Shown here one piece after another: positions 9,647-23,702 of a stretch of DNA of 64,000 nt; the first letter of the stretch is position 1, and each line of letters opens with the position of its first letter. This DNA is from Eledone cirrhosa. Taxonomy: Eukaryota. The notes below the pieces were generated by a model that made no database searches, was not told where the DNA came from, and worked only from the letters and a program-made list of their open reading frames with translations. A program made the translations under genes and the position numbers. The stretch covers positions 217,372,001-217,436,000 of the forward strand of contig OZ024740.1 of assembly GCA_964016885.1 (NCBI GenBank), in the 5' to 3' direction.

Positions 9647-11905
9647 AAGGTTAAACAAGAGTCAATGAATAAATCAAAGAATGAGTTTTACAATAGATTG
9701 GAAGCACTCAACAACAATCGTTTTCCGGAGTTATTAATCAGATTGTAAAACTTTAATAATGTTTTATTTTCTATTCATTTATGATAGAATTAATGTTAGA
9801 CTAAAGGGTCTTGTTTAGGTATATAAACATATTATTTGTTAACATGTTCTCTTGATAAATATGCACACCTTTGGATATTTTAGATATATATAATTTAGAT
9901 TGGGATCCTTATATATGTGTTTGTGTTTTAAATATATAATTTGGATATATAACTTATAAGATTACCGGTTATAATTGAACCGTAAATCATTCATGCATTT
10001 ATATATTTTACTCATTTTGAGTATGTTTTAGGATTCAGAAAGTTAGATTTGTACATTTTTATTTTTTTATATATATTAATGTATAAATGTCACAAATGAT
10101 ACTAGTCGACAAATATTGGTTTTTCTTTCCACTGAACTGGATGTAAAACTACAATTATAACATTACTAATAATGATTGTAATTATTTATTTATTATATGT
10201 ATATCGTTTCACTAATTCACTAATACCTATAATACTCTCTATATATATTTGAACAAATCTGTTTATCTAGTATAATAACATGCTCCTAGTTACATTTATA
10301 AGTAATTTAGATACTCAAATGACTCTCTATTGTTATAATTGTTAGATATTTTCTGAATGTTCTAAATTATATAAAGATTATTACTTAATTTAATTTAATT
10401 TATTTTAATTAAATTCGGGCTACCTTCGGGTCATTGAAATCCTTAGCTCCTCTTTCTAACATCTTCGTGGACACTTTAGAAGTGTTGTTAGTCTACTATA
10501 TAAATTTTAAAAAATCTCTTGCATTTTTAAACTATATTTTTTTTATATTAGGCACTTTTATGATCGCAAACAATTCATTATTTTTACTTTTTCACTTTTT
10601 ATTTTGAATCTAGTCCTTATCCTTAGGATTCATGAAGTTTTGACTTGTTTATTTATAGTATATATCTATGAAATGATCCTATTATAATAATTGATCTAAA
10701 ACATTAATTTTAACAATATTATCAGTAACTTATTTATTGTATTGTATTATGTTATGTCTAACTGAGAGGTATCATCTTAATCTTTAGACAATATAATCTT
10801 TATGTATTTTTTTGAAAAACGCATATATATAATTTAATAATCAAACTTTTTTAAGTTTAATTATAAGGCCTGTTGATCATTTAGGCATTCAAATTGTTTA
10901 TCTTAAAATTCTTTAAAGATTATAACTGTAATTATTTTCTAAATTATAAAATGTAAACTATTTTCAATATAATATAAATAATTTAATATTATACAATACA
11001 TTTAGTAAAGTTTAACTTCGCGAGGATGTAAAAACATTATGTTTTCTTTCTCGTGTTTGTAAATCCTTTAAATCTGACTTCAGAAAATTTGATTTTATGA
11101 ATTAAATATGATAGTATACTTTAATATTAATAGAGATATTTATTAACTTTTATAACCTAAAATATTATTCATTACTCTGAACTAACTTAAATTAAATGAT
11201 TTGAATGTTAGCGGTCAACCAGATATGTTTGGATATATATTGTATATATAGATAATTATCTATAGACTTGGTATTAACCTTCCAATTATATTTAAAATTT
11301 CGATTGATGAATACTTTTAGATAATTCAATAATTCAATGAATTGAGATTTTTTTCTTTTTCCTAAAGCTAAGCCCAAATGTTGTTCTAATTAATATCTCC
11401 CTATATATTACACTATAAAAAGTATTCCTCTTTATCTCTCTCTCTGTAATCAACTCTCTTTTTCTTTCTATGCTCTTACTAGCTATATTATCCCCTCATC
11501 TGTTTCTTTCTCTATGGCTTTCTTTTCTTTCCTCTTTCTTCAGTAATTTAAATTATTTGAATCTCTAACAGTTATATTGCTGCTATATATGTTTTAAGCT
11601 TTCTCACACGCACCCTCTCTATTATATGTATTATATGTAGGTTCTTTTCATGTTTCAATATTAAGGTATATAAATATTGAGTTTTGTCATATATTACTCA
11701 CTACCATGACTGAATCTTAACCCTCTACTATGTCAGGGTAATGTCATGCATCATTTTATTATATCTGATGAGGACGTACTGTTGAAGTTAACTCAGTACC
11801 TCTGAAATATGTATAATGAAAATATACTTGATCACAAGAATATCTATTTTGTTAATATTTTGAATTAATATTATATATATTCATTTTATTAAGGCTAAAT
11901 TTCTA
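9644..11905 (+). repeat. AT-rich repeat, probable PLE 3'/pLTR region, with a degenerate hammerhead at about 11752-11824
   Basis: Similar to 40130-40930 (downstream of a PLE ORF) and to 56272-58593; CTGATGA..GAAA-TATGTA-TA core. Confidence 0.6.
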
Positions 11906-11914
11906 TTTTATCAG

Positions 11915-13680
11915 TTGTACGCTCGTCGCCGAGAACCAGATGGGCGAAGCGCAAACATGTGCAATCCCACCCAGGTCCATACTCGATAACCTCCATCTCA
12001 TTTGATACATCATAGAGAGACTAGGGTGTAAACTGGCTTCGGTGAGGCTTTGATCAATTTAGATCAATCAAAGGCATTTGATAGGGTCCACCATCAATAC
12101 TTGGAAGCGGTTCTCAAGGCAGCCGGTTTCGGCTCAGTCTTCAGAGGCTGGATCGCTGCTACGCACAGCAACATCTGCTCCGCAGTCAAGGTGAATGGCT
12201 ACCTATCGGAGCCATTCCAAATCATGCGTTCCATCCGTCAAGGATGTCCTTTCTCTTCCATTCTGTATGTACTGACTCTCGAGTCACTACTGCGGAAGTT
12301 GGAGCTATTGCATGGCTTCCTGATGGAACCAGGACTGCGAAAAGCAGCGTCGGCCTACGCTGGCGAGATGACCGTAATTGTGTCGAAAACCTCGGAAATC
12401 GGGGTAATCGGCAACAGGAATGCGAAACGTTCACAGGAACAAGACTAAACCCAAACCTTGACAGTCGTGCCTTGCCCCCGCGAACATCTCACCAAAATGG
12501 AACGCCTACTCTTCAAATTTCTCTGGAAGAATCAGGCTCCATTGGTGAGGAGATCCATCTGCTGTCAACAACCTTCTAACAAAGGGCAGCGCATGCCGTA
12601 GCTGATGATGCGCAAACACGAGCTGAGGCTACGCCATCTCCAGGTATTCCTGACCGGAGTGGCTGTCGTTTGTGAGATGAGCTCTTCCACAACTCGTCTC
12701 ACTAACAGAGCTAGAGTCCTGGGTCAAGCTAAGACCGAAAATGGGCGCCTCGCACCTCGAGTGTCTTCAGGCGTTCACAGCCATCTACCAAGCGGAAACG
12801 GCAATCAGCAGAGACTCAACTTCGACATTCTATTCTATAGGGGATTAGTGGAGGATAAATGAGACGACGTTCTCGGGGAACTCTAGGCATCGAGGAGGAC
12901 GAACTGACCAGTCTGTTCGGAAGGACTTTCCGTCCAGGGCCTATGGATAACTTCCAGAGGTCTCTGGCCTGGCAGTGCTACCGAAGAGCTCTACCAGTTC
13001 GAGACAAAATCTACAGGCACGGACGCCCTGGCAGAGATCCTGCTAAAAGGACCTGTCCAAGATGCGAGCAGGGCATCGAAACCGTTCTGCTCGCAATTGT
13101 TCAGTGCCCAGGGGTGACCGACCTGTGGAATTATGTCGAATAACTACTGTCACGTGTGGGACGCATCTAGTTGTCAGCCGAGTCGATCGTGAGGATCAAC
13201 CCGCCGCCTTCATTTAACAATGAAGGAGAGGCGATTTTCTTCTGTCTGGTGGCTATGGCCAAAGTTGTAATATGGTGGACGAGGTTAAAAGGACTTATCC
13301 CCTTCTTTAAGTACAGAAGAAAGGTGAGAGTGGAGAGGGAGGTGTTACACCCCAGTAAATTCGCTGAAACGTGGGTGAATGTGGCGGAAATGGCCCGAGG
13401 GAATGGGCCTTCTCTGTATATAAACCTGTAGGTTGAGGAAGATAAACAGAGGGAAGACGGGAACACGTACAAAACGTGCTCCTGGTGTTGAGGGTTGTTC
13501 TATCCACGCGGTGTAAAACAACACTGCAGTAACGTTCCCCCTATTTCAATTGTTATTTTATTATATATAGTTTATTGTTATTTATTAATGTTAAAGTTAT
13601 ATGATTTTTATGATTTTTATGTAAAACCCCCGCTGTCACGTCTTGTAATGTCTGATTTTTGTACGCAAATAAAGAAATAT
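11915..13680 (+). pseudogene. Degenerate 5'-truncated Tx1-like LINE (paralog 58594-60355)
   Basis: LDQSKAFDRV, RQGCP and CPRC..ETV motifs broken by frameshifts and stops. Confidence 0.9.
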
Positions 13681-13695
13681 ATCTATCTATATGTG

Positions 13696-13751
<56 letters not shown>

Positions 13752-13754
<3 letters not shown>

Positions 13755-16700
13755 GCAAGTTTACCATTCTGTGTGTCCGCCTAAAACTAGCAAACTACCG
13801 GACCAAACTCCTCAATATTACATGTACATATTCACTATACACTCGGACAGGTAACGGTCGAAAAAGGTGTACTTTGCAAAGCATGGAATTCGTTTAAAAT
13901 CAATTTATCTTATTTCCTAATGAATATCAAAAGAGATCATCCATTTTGTTTTTTATGTTCTCCAGTCTGTAGATAAGAGAGTGAGGGATGGGAAGAGAGA
14001 GAGTAAAGGATGAGAGAGCAAAAGAGAGGGAGAGTAGCATATGGGAGAGAGAGAGTAAGGGGATGAGAGAGAAAGAGAGAGAGACTGAGTGGATGGGAGA
14101 GAGAGTAAGCGGATGTTAGAGAGAAAGAAAGAGAGTAAGGGATGAGAGAGAGAATAGGAGATGGGCGAGAGAGAGAGAGAGAGAGAGTAAGAAGATGTGA
14201 GTGAGAAAGAAAGAGAGTAAGGGGAATCGAAGAAAGCAGTATCATTTAGTGGAAGGTCATGAAGTCAAGTCAAGTGATACTATTGGGCGTGTTTACAATG
14301 TCCATTCCAACAACAGAGAATGTTTTTATTTACGGCTATTTCTGCATACTGTTCGAGGACCAACGTCATTTGAGGATCTTAGGTGCTTCAGAGGAAAGGA
14401 GTGTGCAACATACCAAGAAGCATGTAAACAGCATAGACTCCTGCATGACAATGGACACTGGAAGAAGTGCCTAAAAGAAGCAGCAATCACTCAAGTACCC
14501 AGCCAAATAAGACAATTATTTGTTATTATGCTCACGGCATGTGGAATTGATGAAGCTCATCTACTCTGGCAGGAGTACAAAAACAATATGTCGGACGACT
14601 ATCTACACCTAGCCCGAAGACATCATGGCAATATGTATATGGAATATATCCCCAGAATTTACAATCAAGCTCTCTGTGACGTGTCCCATCGAGTTCAGGC
14701 AATGAATATCACATTAGCTAACTGCGGGATGCCAGAGCCAGATGAAGAAATAGAGGTAGCACAAGACATTTTTCTGGAAACAAACTAAGATATTCAAGCG
14801 TTGCGTAAGTTTGTGGATGAAAATAAACCTCCATTGATGGATGACCAGAAATTCGCCTACCACAACATCATCGAAAACATTCAAAATGACAGAGGAGGAC
14901 TTTTCTTCATCGATGCTCCTGCTGGCACAGGCAAGACATTCCTCATAAACCTCCTGCTTGCAAAAGTTCGCCAAAAGCAACATATTGCCCTTGCTGTGGC
15001 TTCAAGTGACATTGAAGCAACACTTCTGTATGGAGGAAGAACTGAACACTCCATGTTTAAGCTGCCTATAGATCTCACACAGCATAAACATCAAAACACA
15101 TTTTTACAACATCAAGAAGAACTCACCCAAGGGCAAGCTTCTGCAAACATGCAAGATAATAATTCGGGATGAAGCTACTATGAGTCATAAAGGAGCAATT
15201 GAAGCTTTGGACCGGACGATAAGGGATCTGAGAGAAAATAGTTGCATAATGGGAGGAGTGACAATGGTTCTTGCTGGTGATTTCAGACAAATTCTGCCCG
15301 TAATTCTTCTAGGGACGCGAGCTGATCAGGTAAATGTCTGTCTGAAAACATCCTATCTTTGGCCCCACTTTCAGCTTCTGAGCCTTACAACCAACATGCG
15401 AGTGCACTTAACTGGTGACGAAGGTGTCAGTGAGTTTGCCATCCAACTACTTAAATTGCGAAATGGACTTCTTGAAAAGGACTCCAATGACCATATTCAG
15501 TTGTCATTTGGCCATATCCTTGAAACAGAACAAGAACTGATTACCAGAGTGTTTCCAAACATTCAGACCAGGCAATGTGATCCGAAATGGCTCTGTCAAC
15601 GAGCACTCTTAGCACCTAAAAATGTTATTCTGAAAGAAATCAACAGAAGGCTGCTGGAGAAGTTACCGGGAGAGAAAATATGTTACAAATCAGTTGACAC
15701 AATCACTTCTCAAACTTTGTAATGGCACAAGACTCATCATCAAAAATATTATGTCCAATGTTCTAGAAGTTACAATCATGTCAGGAAAATTTGCTGGTGA
15801 CAATTGTTTCATTCCCAGAATACCTCTGAAGCCAACTGATATGCCATTTGAATTTCGAAGACTTCAATTTCCGATCAGGCTCAGTTTTCCATGACCATTA
15901 ATAAATCTCAAGGGCAATCATTGAAAGTCGTTGGGTTGAATCTGGCAGATCCTGTCTTTTCGCGTGGTCAACTCTATGTTGGCACAACAAGGGTTGGGAA
16001 CCCTGATTGTCTCCTCATTGTGGCACCACAGGGAAAAATCAAGTATGTTGTTTATCCAGAGGATTTGGAATGAGCAATGTCGTAATTCCTCATTCAATGA
16101 CAATATACACAGATCCTAATTCCTTAGTCATATAGTTTGCAAGGAATTCTGAAGCCGCAAGTTTACTGCATGGTGTTACTTTGGAAGAATATGCAGGCAT
16201 TCCCGGTTACCTCTGCTATATAAAGTAGTATAAGTAAGGACTTTGTTGGGTAGAAATAGCAGCCAAATTTCCTTCAAATCCCACCTTACTTATTCAGGTA
16301 TGTATATATGTATGAAGCAAAAAGGAACGGTTCTATTTGATAACTCGATCTACTAGAAATATTAGCAAAATCCATTTCAAATCACAAACAACTGTCTTAC
16401 ACACACACATGTGTGTGTATGTATCTATGTATATCATGTGAGCCACTATACATGTTGTTATAGCTAATAGAAATAGAAAACAAATCTCCCTCAAACACGA
16501 TCCTACTGCCATAGAGACAAAGATTGGTGAAAGCTACAGTGTACAAATTTAAATACACTTTCCCCGAATTACAGAAATGAGTAAGTAAATGCTTCATTCA
16601 ATCATAAACCAATGCTAAATTTATTTTCTTATTTTATTTATGTTTTTAAAATAGTCTTGACATGTTGTTTGAATTTCAGAGGTTCAGATTGAGCAAAAAA

Positions 16701-17028
16701 AGAAAAGAAGAAAGAAAAGGATAAACAAAAATAATCTAAATGTATTTTTTTGGTCATGCCCTGACATACCTAATGATTCATCTATGAGTAAAGCATTATA
16801 TATGCTGACTGTAATAGGGAGCAGTATTAAACAAAATCACCACTGGAAAAAACTAATATTTTTATCTAGATGATTTACTTTGACCAAACAACAATACATA
16901 TTCTGCTATAATTCCTACTTTGGCTAAAATTCAGCAATCATATTTGAATGGTCAAATATTTTGTAATGTGTGCCAAATATACTGTAACTTTCATAAAATA
17001 CCCGGGTATCACCGGGTAGCTCAGCTAG
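13752..17028 (+). mobile_element. Helitron remnant with PIF1-like helicase pseudogene (about 14230-16073)
   Basis: ECFYLR..GPTSF, DAPAGTGKT, AGDFRQILPV, CNGTRL, MTINKSQGQS motifs; 3' hairpin TACCCGG..CCGGGTA + CTAG|T at 16999-17029 (may belong to an adjacent Helitron). Confidence 0.85.
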
Positions 17029-17124
17029 TATATATATATATATATATATATGTCTATATATGTATTTATATATTAAAAAATAAATTGACAGTTACAATCT
17101 TTAGTTAATTCTTAATTGTGTTGT

Positions 17125-17157
<33 letters not shown>

Positions 17158-17241
17158 TAAGATAAGCAGAACAAGTAAAATTCAATCAATTTTTCAAAAT
17201 ACATTAAAAAATATAATATAAATATTTACCTCTTCTAGTGG

Positions 17242-17320
17242 CCCTTACTGATCAGTTTCGCTCTGTAAAACCTCATAAATCCGATGGATTTATGATGGAA
17301 AACCAAAGCTCATCAGAGAA
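17242..17320 (-). ncRNA. Hammerhead ribozyme, unit 1
   Basis: TTCT-CTGATGA-GCT..long stem II..AGC-GAAA-CTGATCAG-TA-AGGG; GUA site; short stem I with G-U pairs. Confidence 0.75.
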
Positions 17321-17726
17321 GCATTTTCCCTTCCTAGGGCTAAACGTCCCAGGAACGACAAAATATACAACCTCCTGCCAGCTAATAAAGGTCTGAAAGG
17401 TCGTAAAAGTGACCCGTATGTAAACTGGACCGAAGTAAAAGCGGGAAAATCAAAGACTTGCTGTCTACAATTACTACTAAAAAAATAGCAGCCAAGTAGA
17501 GCAACAGATTTGTTCTCAACGGACGGAGAAAAAGGTAGAAGTTAATATGCCCAGGGATACTAGGTACCCCTAGAAATACATAGGTTGTCTATGATTCAAG
17601 GTTGTTCAATGGTGTTAATTTGATACACCAGAACTTTAATATTAAGATAAGCAGAACAAGTAAAATTCAATCAATTTTTCAAAATACATTAAAAAATATA
17701 ATATAAATATTTACCTCTTCTAGTGG

Positions 17727-17805
17727 CCCTTACTGATCAGTTTCGCTCTGTAAAACCTCATAAATCCGATGGATTTATGATGGAAAACCAAAGCTCATCA
17801 GAGAA
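17727..17805 (-). ncRNA. Hammerhead ribozyme, unit 2
   Basis: Same sequence as 17242-17320. Confidence 0.75.
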
Positions 17806-18171
17806 GCATTTTCCCTTCCTAGGGCTAAACGTCCCAGGAACGACAAAATATACAACCTCCTGCCAGCTAATAAAGGTCTGAAAGGTCGTAAAAGTGACCC
17901 GTATGTAAACTGGACCGAAGTAAAAGCGGGAAAATCAAAGACTTGCTGTCTACAATTACTACTAAAAAAATAGCAGCCAAGTAGAGCAACAGATTTGTTC
18001 TCAACGGACGGAGAAAAAGGTAGAAGTTAATATGCCCAGGGATACTAGGTACCCCTAGAAATACATAGGTTGTCTATGATTCAAGGTTGTTCAATATATA
18101 TATATATATTAGAGAGTGAGGTTTTTTTTACAAAATGAAAAATAACCGAGGTGTCCTACACGAGTGGAAGT

Positions 18172-18636
<465 letters not shown>

Positions 18637-19198
18637 AAGTATGCATCTAGGTACATAAATATATACATAAATAAATACACACAAACGCGCGCGTATATAC
18701 ACACATACATATATAGAAAGATGTTTGTCCTCTGTTATATGTAGCTATTAAGTGTTTGAGGTCCACCGTTTGACTGCAGAACCTGAAATCCAAATTCAGA
18801 TATTTTGGGCGAGATTTCAATGTGTCATGGAAAAATATTTTAAGGAAAATCTACAAGAATTGTATTGAAACCTGATTGAAGAAATTACCATTAATTCATT
18901 AACATTTTCACTAACAAAGTATATATTGTCTAGTCTTGTGTTATAAATTGTTTACAAATCATAGTTGTAAACACAATGATTGACATGTGCAGCAAATTAC
19001 TTTCAAATATAAATAACTTGGGAATTTGTTTCCCAAGCTATTGTAATATGTCACTGGTAAAGGTGGCACCCACATCTTCAAGGATATTTCGGGGTAAATG
19101 CTGGTTTCTTCAATGTAAAAATAAATTCAAAAGAAGTGAAAGTGAATAAATTAATGTTGTTTAATTAATTAATTCAGTTGATCACGTTGAACAGGGGT

Positions 19199-19206
19199 TA
19201 TATAAA
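19199..19206 (+). promoter_or_regulatory. TATA box of cysteine-rich gene copy 1
   Basis: TATATAAA about 100 bp upstream of CACCATG; conserved in copy 2. Confidence 0.7.
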
Positions 19207-19301
19207 GCGTTCTTCTTAGACATTTGTTAAACCTGTCTTTGTTTCGAACAAGATAACGACCATCACAATTCTACAACAGGAAGATAAACTAACTGACCAC
19301 C

Positions 19302-19362
19302 ATGTTGTACGAAATTCTAGTAGTATTTGCAGCATTTTCATTCGTAAACTGCTACACCAACT
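19302..19362 (+). CDS. Copy 1 exon 1: signal peptide MLYEILVVFAAFSFVNCYTN
   Basis: Kozak CACCATG, hydrophobic core, phase-1 donor T|GTAAGT. Confidence 0.88.
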
Positions 19363-19419
19363 GTAAGTAAATCATATTACTATATTTTGTATATTTCTTG
19401 GTTTCTTTCTTCATATTAT

Positions 19420-19740
19420 TATGATCTCTGAGTTACACACTCTATCGAGCAACGTTACTCCAGCCGACTGATTTTACACCTGCCAGTCGTGATACCATTT
19501 ACAACCCGGCTACGCATGTAAATCTTGTTCATAAAAGTAATGAACAGGAGAGGAGGCAGTATGCACCCTCGGCGGAATCCGTCTCTCGCATTTAATGGTA
19601 TCGATTTAGCACCATTTGTCCGAACATAAATTCTCCTCTATATTCGTATAAAGACATCAGGGAAGCTAGAAGCTGACAATCGATCCCATACTCCTGCAGA
19701 ACCTTCCACAGCAGGTTTCGACTAAAATGCTGCTTTTCAA
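19420..19740 (-). mobile_element. RTE-like RT remnant in intron 1 (paralog about 44860-45175)
   Basis: Minus strand reads SRNLLWKVLQEYGI and GFRRGCILPPLLFITFMN. Confidence 0.6.
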
Positions 19741-20289
19741 AATATATTTTGAAATAATTCTAGTCTACATTAATGTAATCTGGACGGTAAGTAAATTCTC
19801 AACCACAGAAGAAACTCTAAAAATAAAAAGGACAGATGCTGGATATCATTCCAAAAGATAAAAAAATGAACGGCAAATTTCAAGAGAGTAGACTTTGTAG
19901 CAGATGACATTTCGCGTTTAAAGTATAGATTCTGATTGAATATGATTTAAAAAGATAAGTTATAACACTGGCCATCACTTTAAATCACAAATATCTATGC
20001 TACAGAAACTTTCCTTATTGCAGTAACTCTGAGAAACATATATTTCTGGGGTTAATGGGGGTCTAATTAGATGGAATATCAGATTTCATGAAGCCTATCA
20101 CATTGCTAAGGATAGGGAACCAATAGTGAAAACAAATTGGTGAATATAGAGTGAACAAAATCTCTTCTGTTGGAGACTGTTTTATGGAATCAGTAGAAGA
20201 TAGTGAAGTAATAATCATATTCTATTCTAAAAAAGGAGGTCTTTAACATTGTCTCTGCTCTTAATCAAGTGTGTGTGTGTGTGTGTAAA

Positions 20290-20384
<95 letters not shown>

Positions 20385-20962
20385 GAGGTGATACGTGCAC
20401 GTACACTGTTTTCTGATAGATGTGTTCATACAAAGATATTGTAATAGATTCAGGTGTCCATATGTATGTCACATTTGTTGTAATTTACTAATGTAAGAAA
20501 ATATCTAGAACTAGAAAAGGTGTGGCACTCAATATATAATAAGTTTTATTTAATATGAGTTTAAAACTCATTATCTTGTGAAACGACATAATATTTTTGA
20601 GGGCCCTGATTAGGACAAAAAAAAACATTAGATATTTTAAAGAAAAGAGTTAAACTTTTACATCGTTAAGTAGTATATCTAATTGTTATAGATACAATAA
20701 AATAATACAACAGTTTATGAACAAACAGAAATAATTATGATTGAAATCTAATTATCTTGCGAAACCCCAAAATGTTTTGAGGGACCTCACTGTGGAAAAT
20801 ACAGCATTAAATATTTGAAATTTTTTACATTAATGCAAAGAGTTTAACTTTGATATTGTTAAGTATTATTATATCTAATTGTTATAGATTCCATACAAAT
20901 AGAAAAATCAATGATGTATATTAAAGCTATGTATTGAGATGATAATGTTATTCTTTTTACAG

Positions 20963-22551
20963 ATGAATGTACCTATAATGGAAGAAGGTATGAAGGTGCA
21001 TTTAGCATCGACTGTAACACGTGTGTGTGTCTAGAAAGTGGACGAGCGCAGTGTTCAAATAAGATATGTGACTATGGACAACGATCAACATGTTGGTATG
21101 AAGGTAGACGTTACACAGTAGGACAGACAATCCAACAGTCATGTAATACATGTGTATGCAGAGCCAATGGTCAAATGGAATGTACAAAGAATACATGTCA
21201 GTGTACATATAAAGGACAAAATTACAATATTGGCCAGAGGTTTAATGAGGATTGCAACCAATGTGAATGTTTATCTAGTGGTATTGTACGGTGTTCTAAC
21301 AAACGATGTCAATGTTTTGCCAATGGAAGAACATATCCAGTGGGGGCTACCTTTCAAAGGGAATGTAACACTTGCAAGTGTGACATTAACGGCAGAATAG
21401 TGTGTACTGACAACATATGTAAATGTTTTGAAAATGGAAGATCTTACCCCATTGGTGCTACATTTAGCAAGGACTGCAATACATGCACATGTCAAATAGA
21501 TGGTCGTATACAGTGTACAAGCAACGCATGTACTTGCACCTATAACAATATGGCTTATAATTTCGGACAACAATTCAGGAAAGGTTGTAACACCTGCACT
21601 TGTCAACAAAATGGACAGGTCCAATGTACAAATAACCCATGTCAATGTACATATAAAGGACAGGTTTATCAGATTCGTCAAAGATTTAACGATGATTGTA
21701 ACCAATGTGAATGTTTATCTAGTGGTACAGTGCAATGTACCAGTAACGTCTGTCAATGTACATACAACAACCAGGTCTATAATATCGGCGCTTCATTTAA
21801 TCAGGACTGTAACACCTGTAGCTGTCAACAAAATCGACAAGTCCAATGTACAAATAACCCGTGTCAATGTACACATAAAGGACAGGTTTATCAAATTCAT
21901 CAAAGATTTAACGATGATTGTAACCAATGTGAATGTTTATCTAGTGGTACAGTGCAGTGCTCTAACAAGGCATGTCAATGTTTAGAAAATGGAAGATCTT
22001 ACCCCATTGGTGCTACATTTAGCAAGGACTGCAATACATGCACATGTCAACAAAATGGACAGTTCAAATGTACAAATAACCCATGTACTTGCACCTACAA
22101 CAATATGGTCTATAATTTCGGACAACAATTCAGGAAAGGTTGTAACACCTGCACTTGTCAACAAAATGGACAATTCCAATGTACAAATAACCCTTGTCAA
22201 TGTACATACAACGGTAAACGTTATGATGTTGGTTCTATATTCTACAATGATTGCAATAAATGTCAGTGCTATGATGATGGAAGAGTCCAATGTGAACAGA
22301 AAATATGCCCCAAACCATGCGTATTCAACGGACAAACCTTTTCTGTGGGAGAATCGTTTAAAAATGACTGCAATACATGTACATGTGGACAGTTTGGTCA
22401 AGTAGGATGTACTAACATGTACTGTCCTAAAACATGCCAATACAACGGAAAAACCTACACAGCTGGCCAAATATTCAAGGCTCAAGATAATTGCAATACA
22501 TGTCGATGTTCAGCTGGGCAAGTCAAGTGTACCAACTTAATATGTGGTCAA
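20963..22551 (+). CDS. Copy 1 exon 2: 14 tandem six-Cys pacifastin/VWC-like modules
   Basis: Acceptor TTCTTTTTACAG; phase matches exon 1; module C-x~16-CNxCxC-x3-G-x3-C[TS]x3-C; donor CAA|GTGAGT. Confidence 0.92.
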
Positions 22552-22699
22552 GTGAGTATGATTTTTATTACTCTTTTATTGTCTCAAATATTTACAATTC
22601 TATCTTTCCTCTTATGTAATTTGTAGTCCTTTAGACACATTACACAAAGATATCATTACAATTTCCCTGTGTAATTACTGCTGTGATATAAGAAACAGG

Positions 22700-23330
22700 G
22701 GAACATCATCATTAGCATAGCTACCATTTAGTGAATGTTTGTTAGAGTATGACAGAGGTGATGGCATTCATTCATTGCTCCCTTGTGACCGATGAGATTA
22801 ATTTTAATAATCTTTCACATAAATTGCTGCAAGTTGATGCCGGTAGGTATGACGTCAACATGGAGAAAATTCGAGAAGGCCGATATTCTCTGTAGGACAG
22901 GTAATGTGTAGAGGGTTTCTGTGGATCCTGAAGGGCAGACACAATATGAGTGATAAGAAATGGAGATACGATTGAGTTGGAATTGTCTGAGTGGAGGTGA
23001 CATAAAACCAATCATTATAGAAACTCTACACCATTGTAGTAGCAGTAGAAAGGGTAATGAAATAAGTCATTACGACAGTGATTAAGAGACTGGGGTGTGG
23101 CCTTATCCAATTAGTCAAGAACATTTATCTGGATGTAGAACATCATATCTCCAGTCGTATGTCAAAATAGATGGCAATGTTATAGTCACTTTTATATAAC
23201 TATGAAATATATATTCTCTTTCAAAGAAATGCTTCAGTAGGAATGTTATTGGACTTACCAACATTCTGGTTAAAGGTTCAAACGTTCACTGCTGTTTCGT
23301 TTAATTTCCAACTAAGGGAGTTAATTCAAC
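22700..23330 (-). mobile_element. Highly decayed retroelement RT remnant (PLE-like) in intron 2
   Basis: Weak IVSA..P and MDV-like motifs on the minus strand. Confidence 0.3.
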
Positions 23331-23483
23331 GTAACTTCGTTCCTTTATTTATCGCTAATATATATGTATATCGATATGTTAAGGAATTTTACCTATATCT
23401 AAATTGTTATATTTTGTAAGTTATTTATTTGATATTGTTTCAATATCAATAGTAATACAATATAAAACTTTATTTCATTACAG

Positions 23484-23498
23484 AGTGGATACTACTAA
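23484..23498 (+). CDS. Copy 1 exon 3 coding part (SGYY*); predicted protein about 554 aa
   Basis: Acceptor TTTCATTACAG, phase 0; conserved in copy 2; followed by AT-rich UTR and AATAAA. Confidence 0.7.
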   Translation, partial: SGYY

Positions 23499-23631
23499 AG
23501 AACACAACAGGCTGCTTTCTGATTCGGGATAATTATGTTTCTGAATAATAATTGCAATTTCTTTTAATAATAATTGCAATTTTTGTGAATAACATTGTAA
23601 ATTTTGTAAATAATAATTTAAATAACTTTTT

Positions 23632-23637
23632 AATAAA
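23632..23637 (+). terminator. Polyadenylation signal of copy 1
   Basis: AATAAA about 135 bp after the stop; conserved near 49123. Confidence 0.55.
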
Positions 23638-23702
23638 ATAAACAAACATACAACAAAAATTTATTGTTTTCCTAGATTCTTCTTCTTCTTATTATTATTA
23701 TT

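Larger units (their letters stand above)
17156..18094 (-). repeat. Head-to-tail direct repeat, period 485 bp, one hammerhead per unit
   Basis: 17156 ATTAAGATAAGCAG = 17641; units appear identical; flanked by (TA)n. Confidence 0.92.

Noticed and set aside
14201-16073. Host PIF1 helicase gene
   Set aside because: Intronless, frameshifted and carrying Helitron motifs and terminus
21152-22485. Alternative-frame and antisense ORFs over the cysteine-rich exon (also 46531-47975)
   Set aside because: Shadows of the 111-nt repeat; no independent signal
20963-22551. Regularly spaced repeats resembling a CRISPR array
   Set aside because: Protein-coding tandem modules in eukaryotic DNA; no unique spacers or cas genes
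22552-22626. Hydrophobic C-terminal tail of the 533-aa ORF (apparent TM or GPI signal)
   Set aside because: Begins at a consensus GTGAGT donor and is T-rich intron read-through; a retained-intron isoform cannot be excluded
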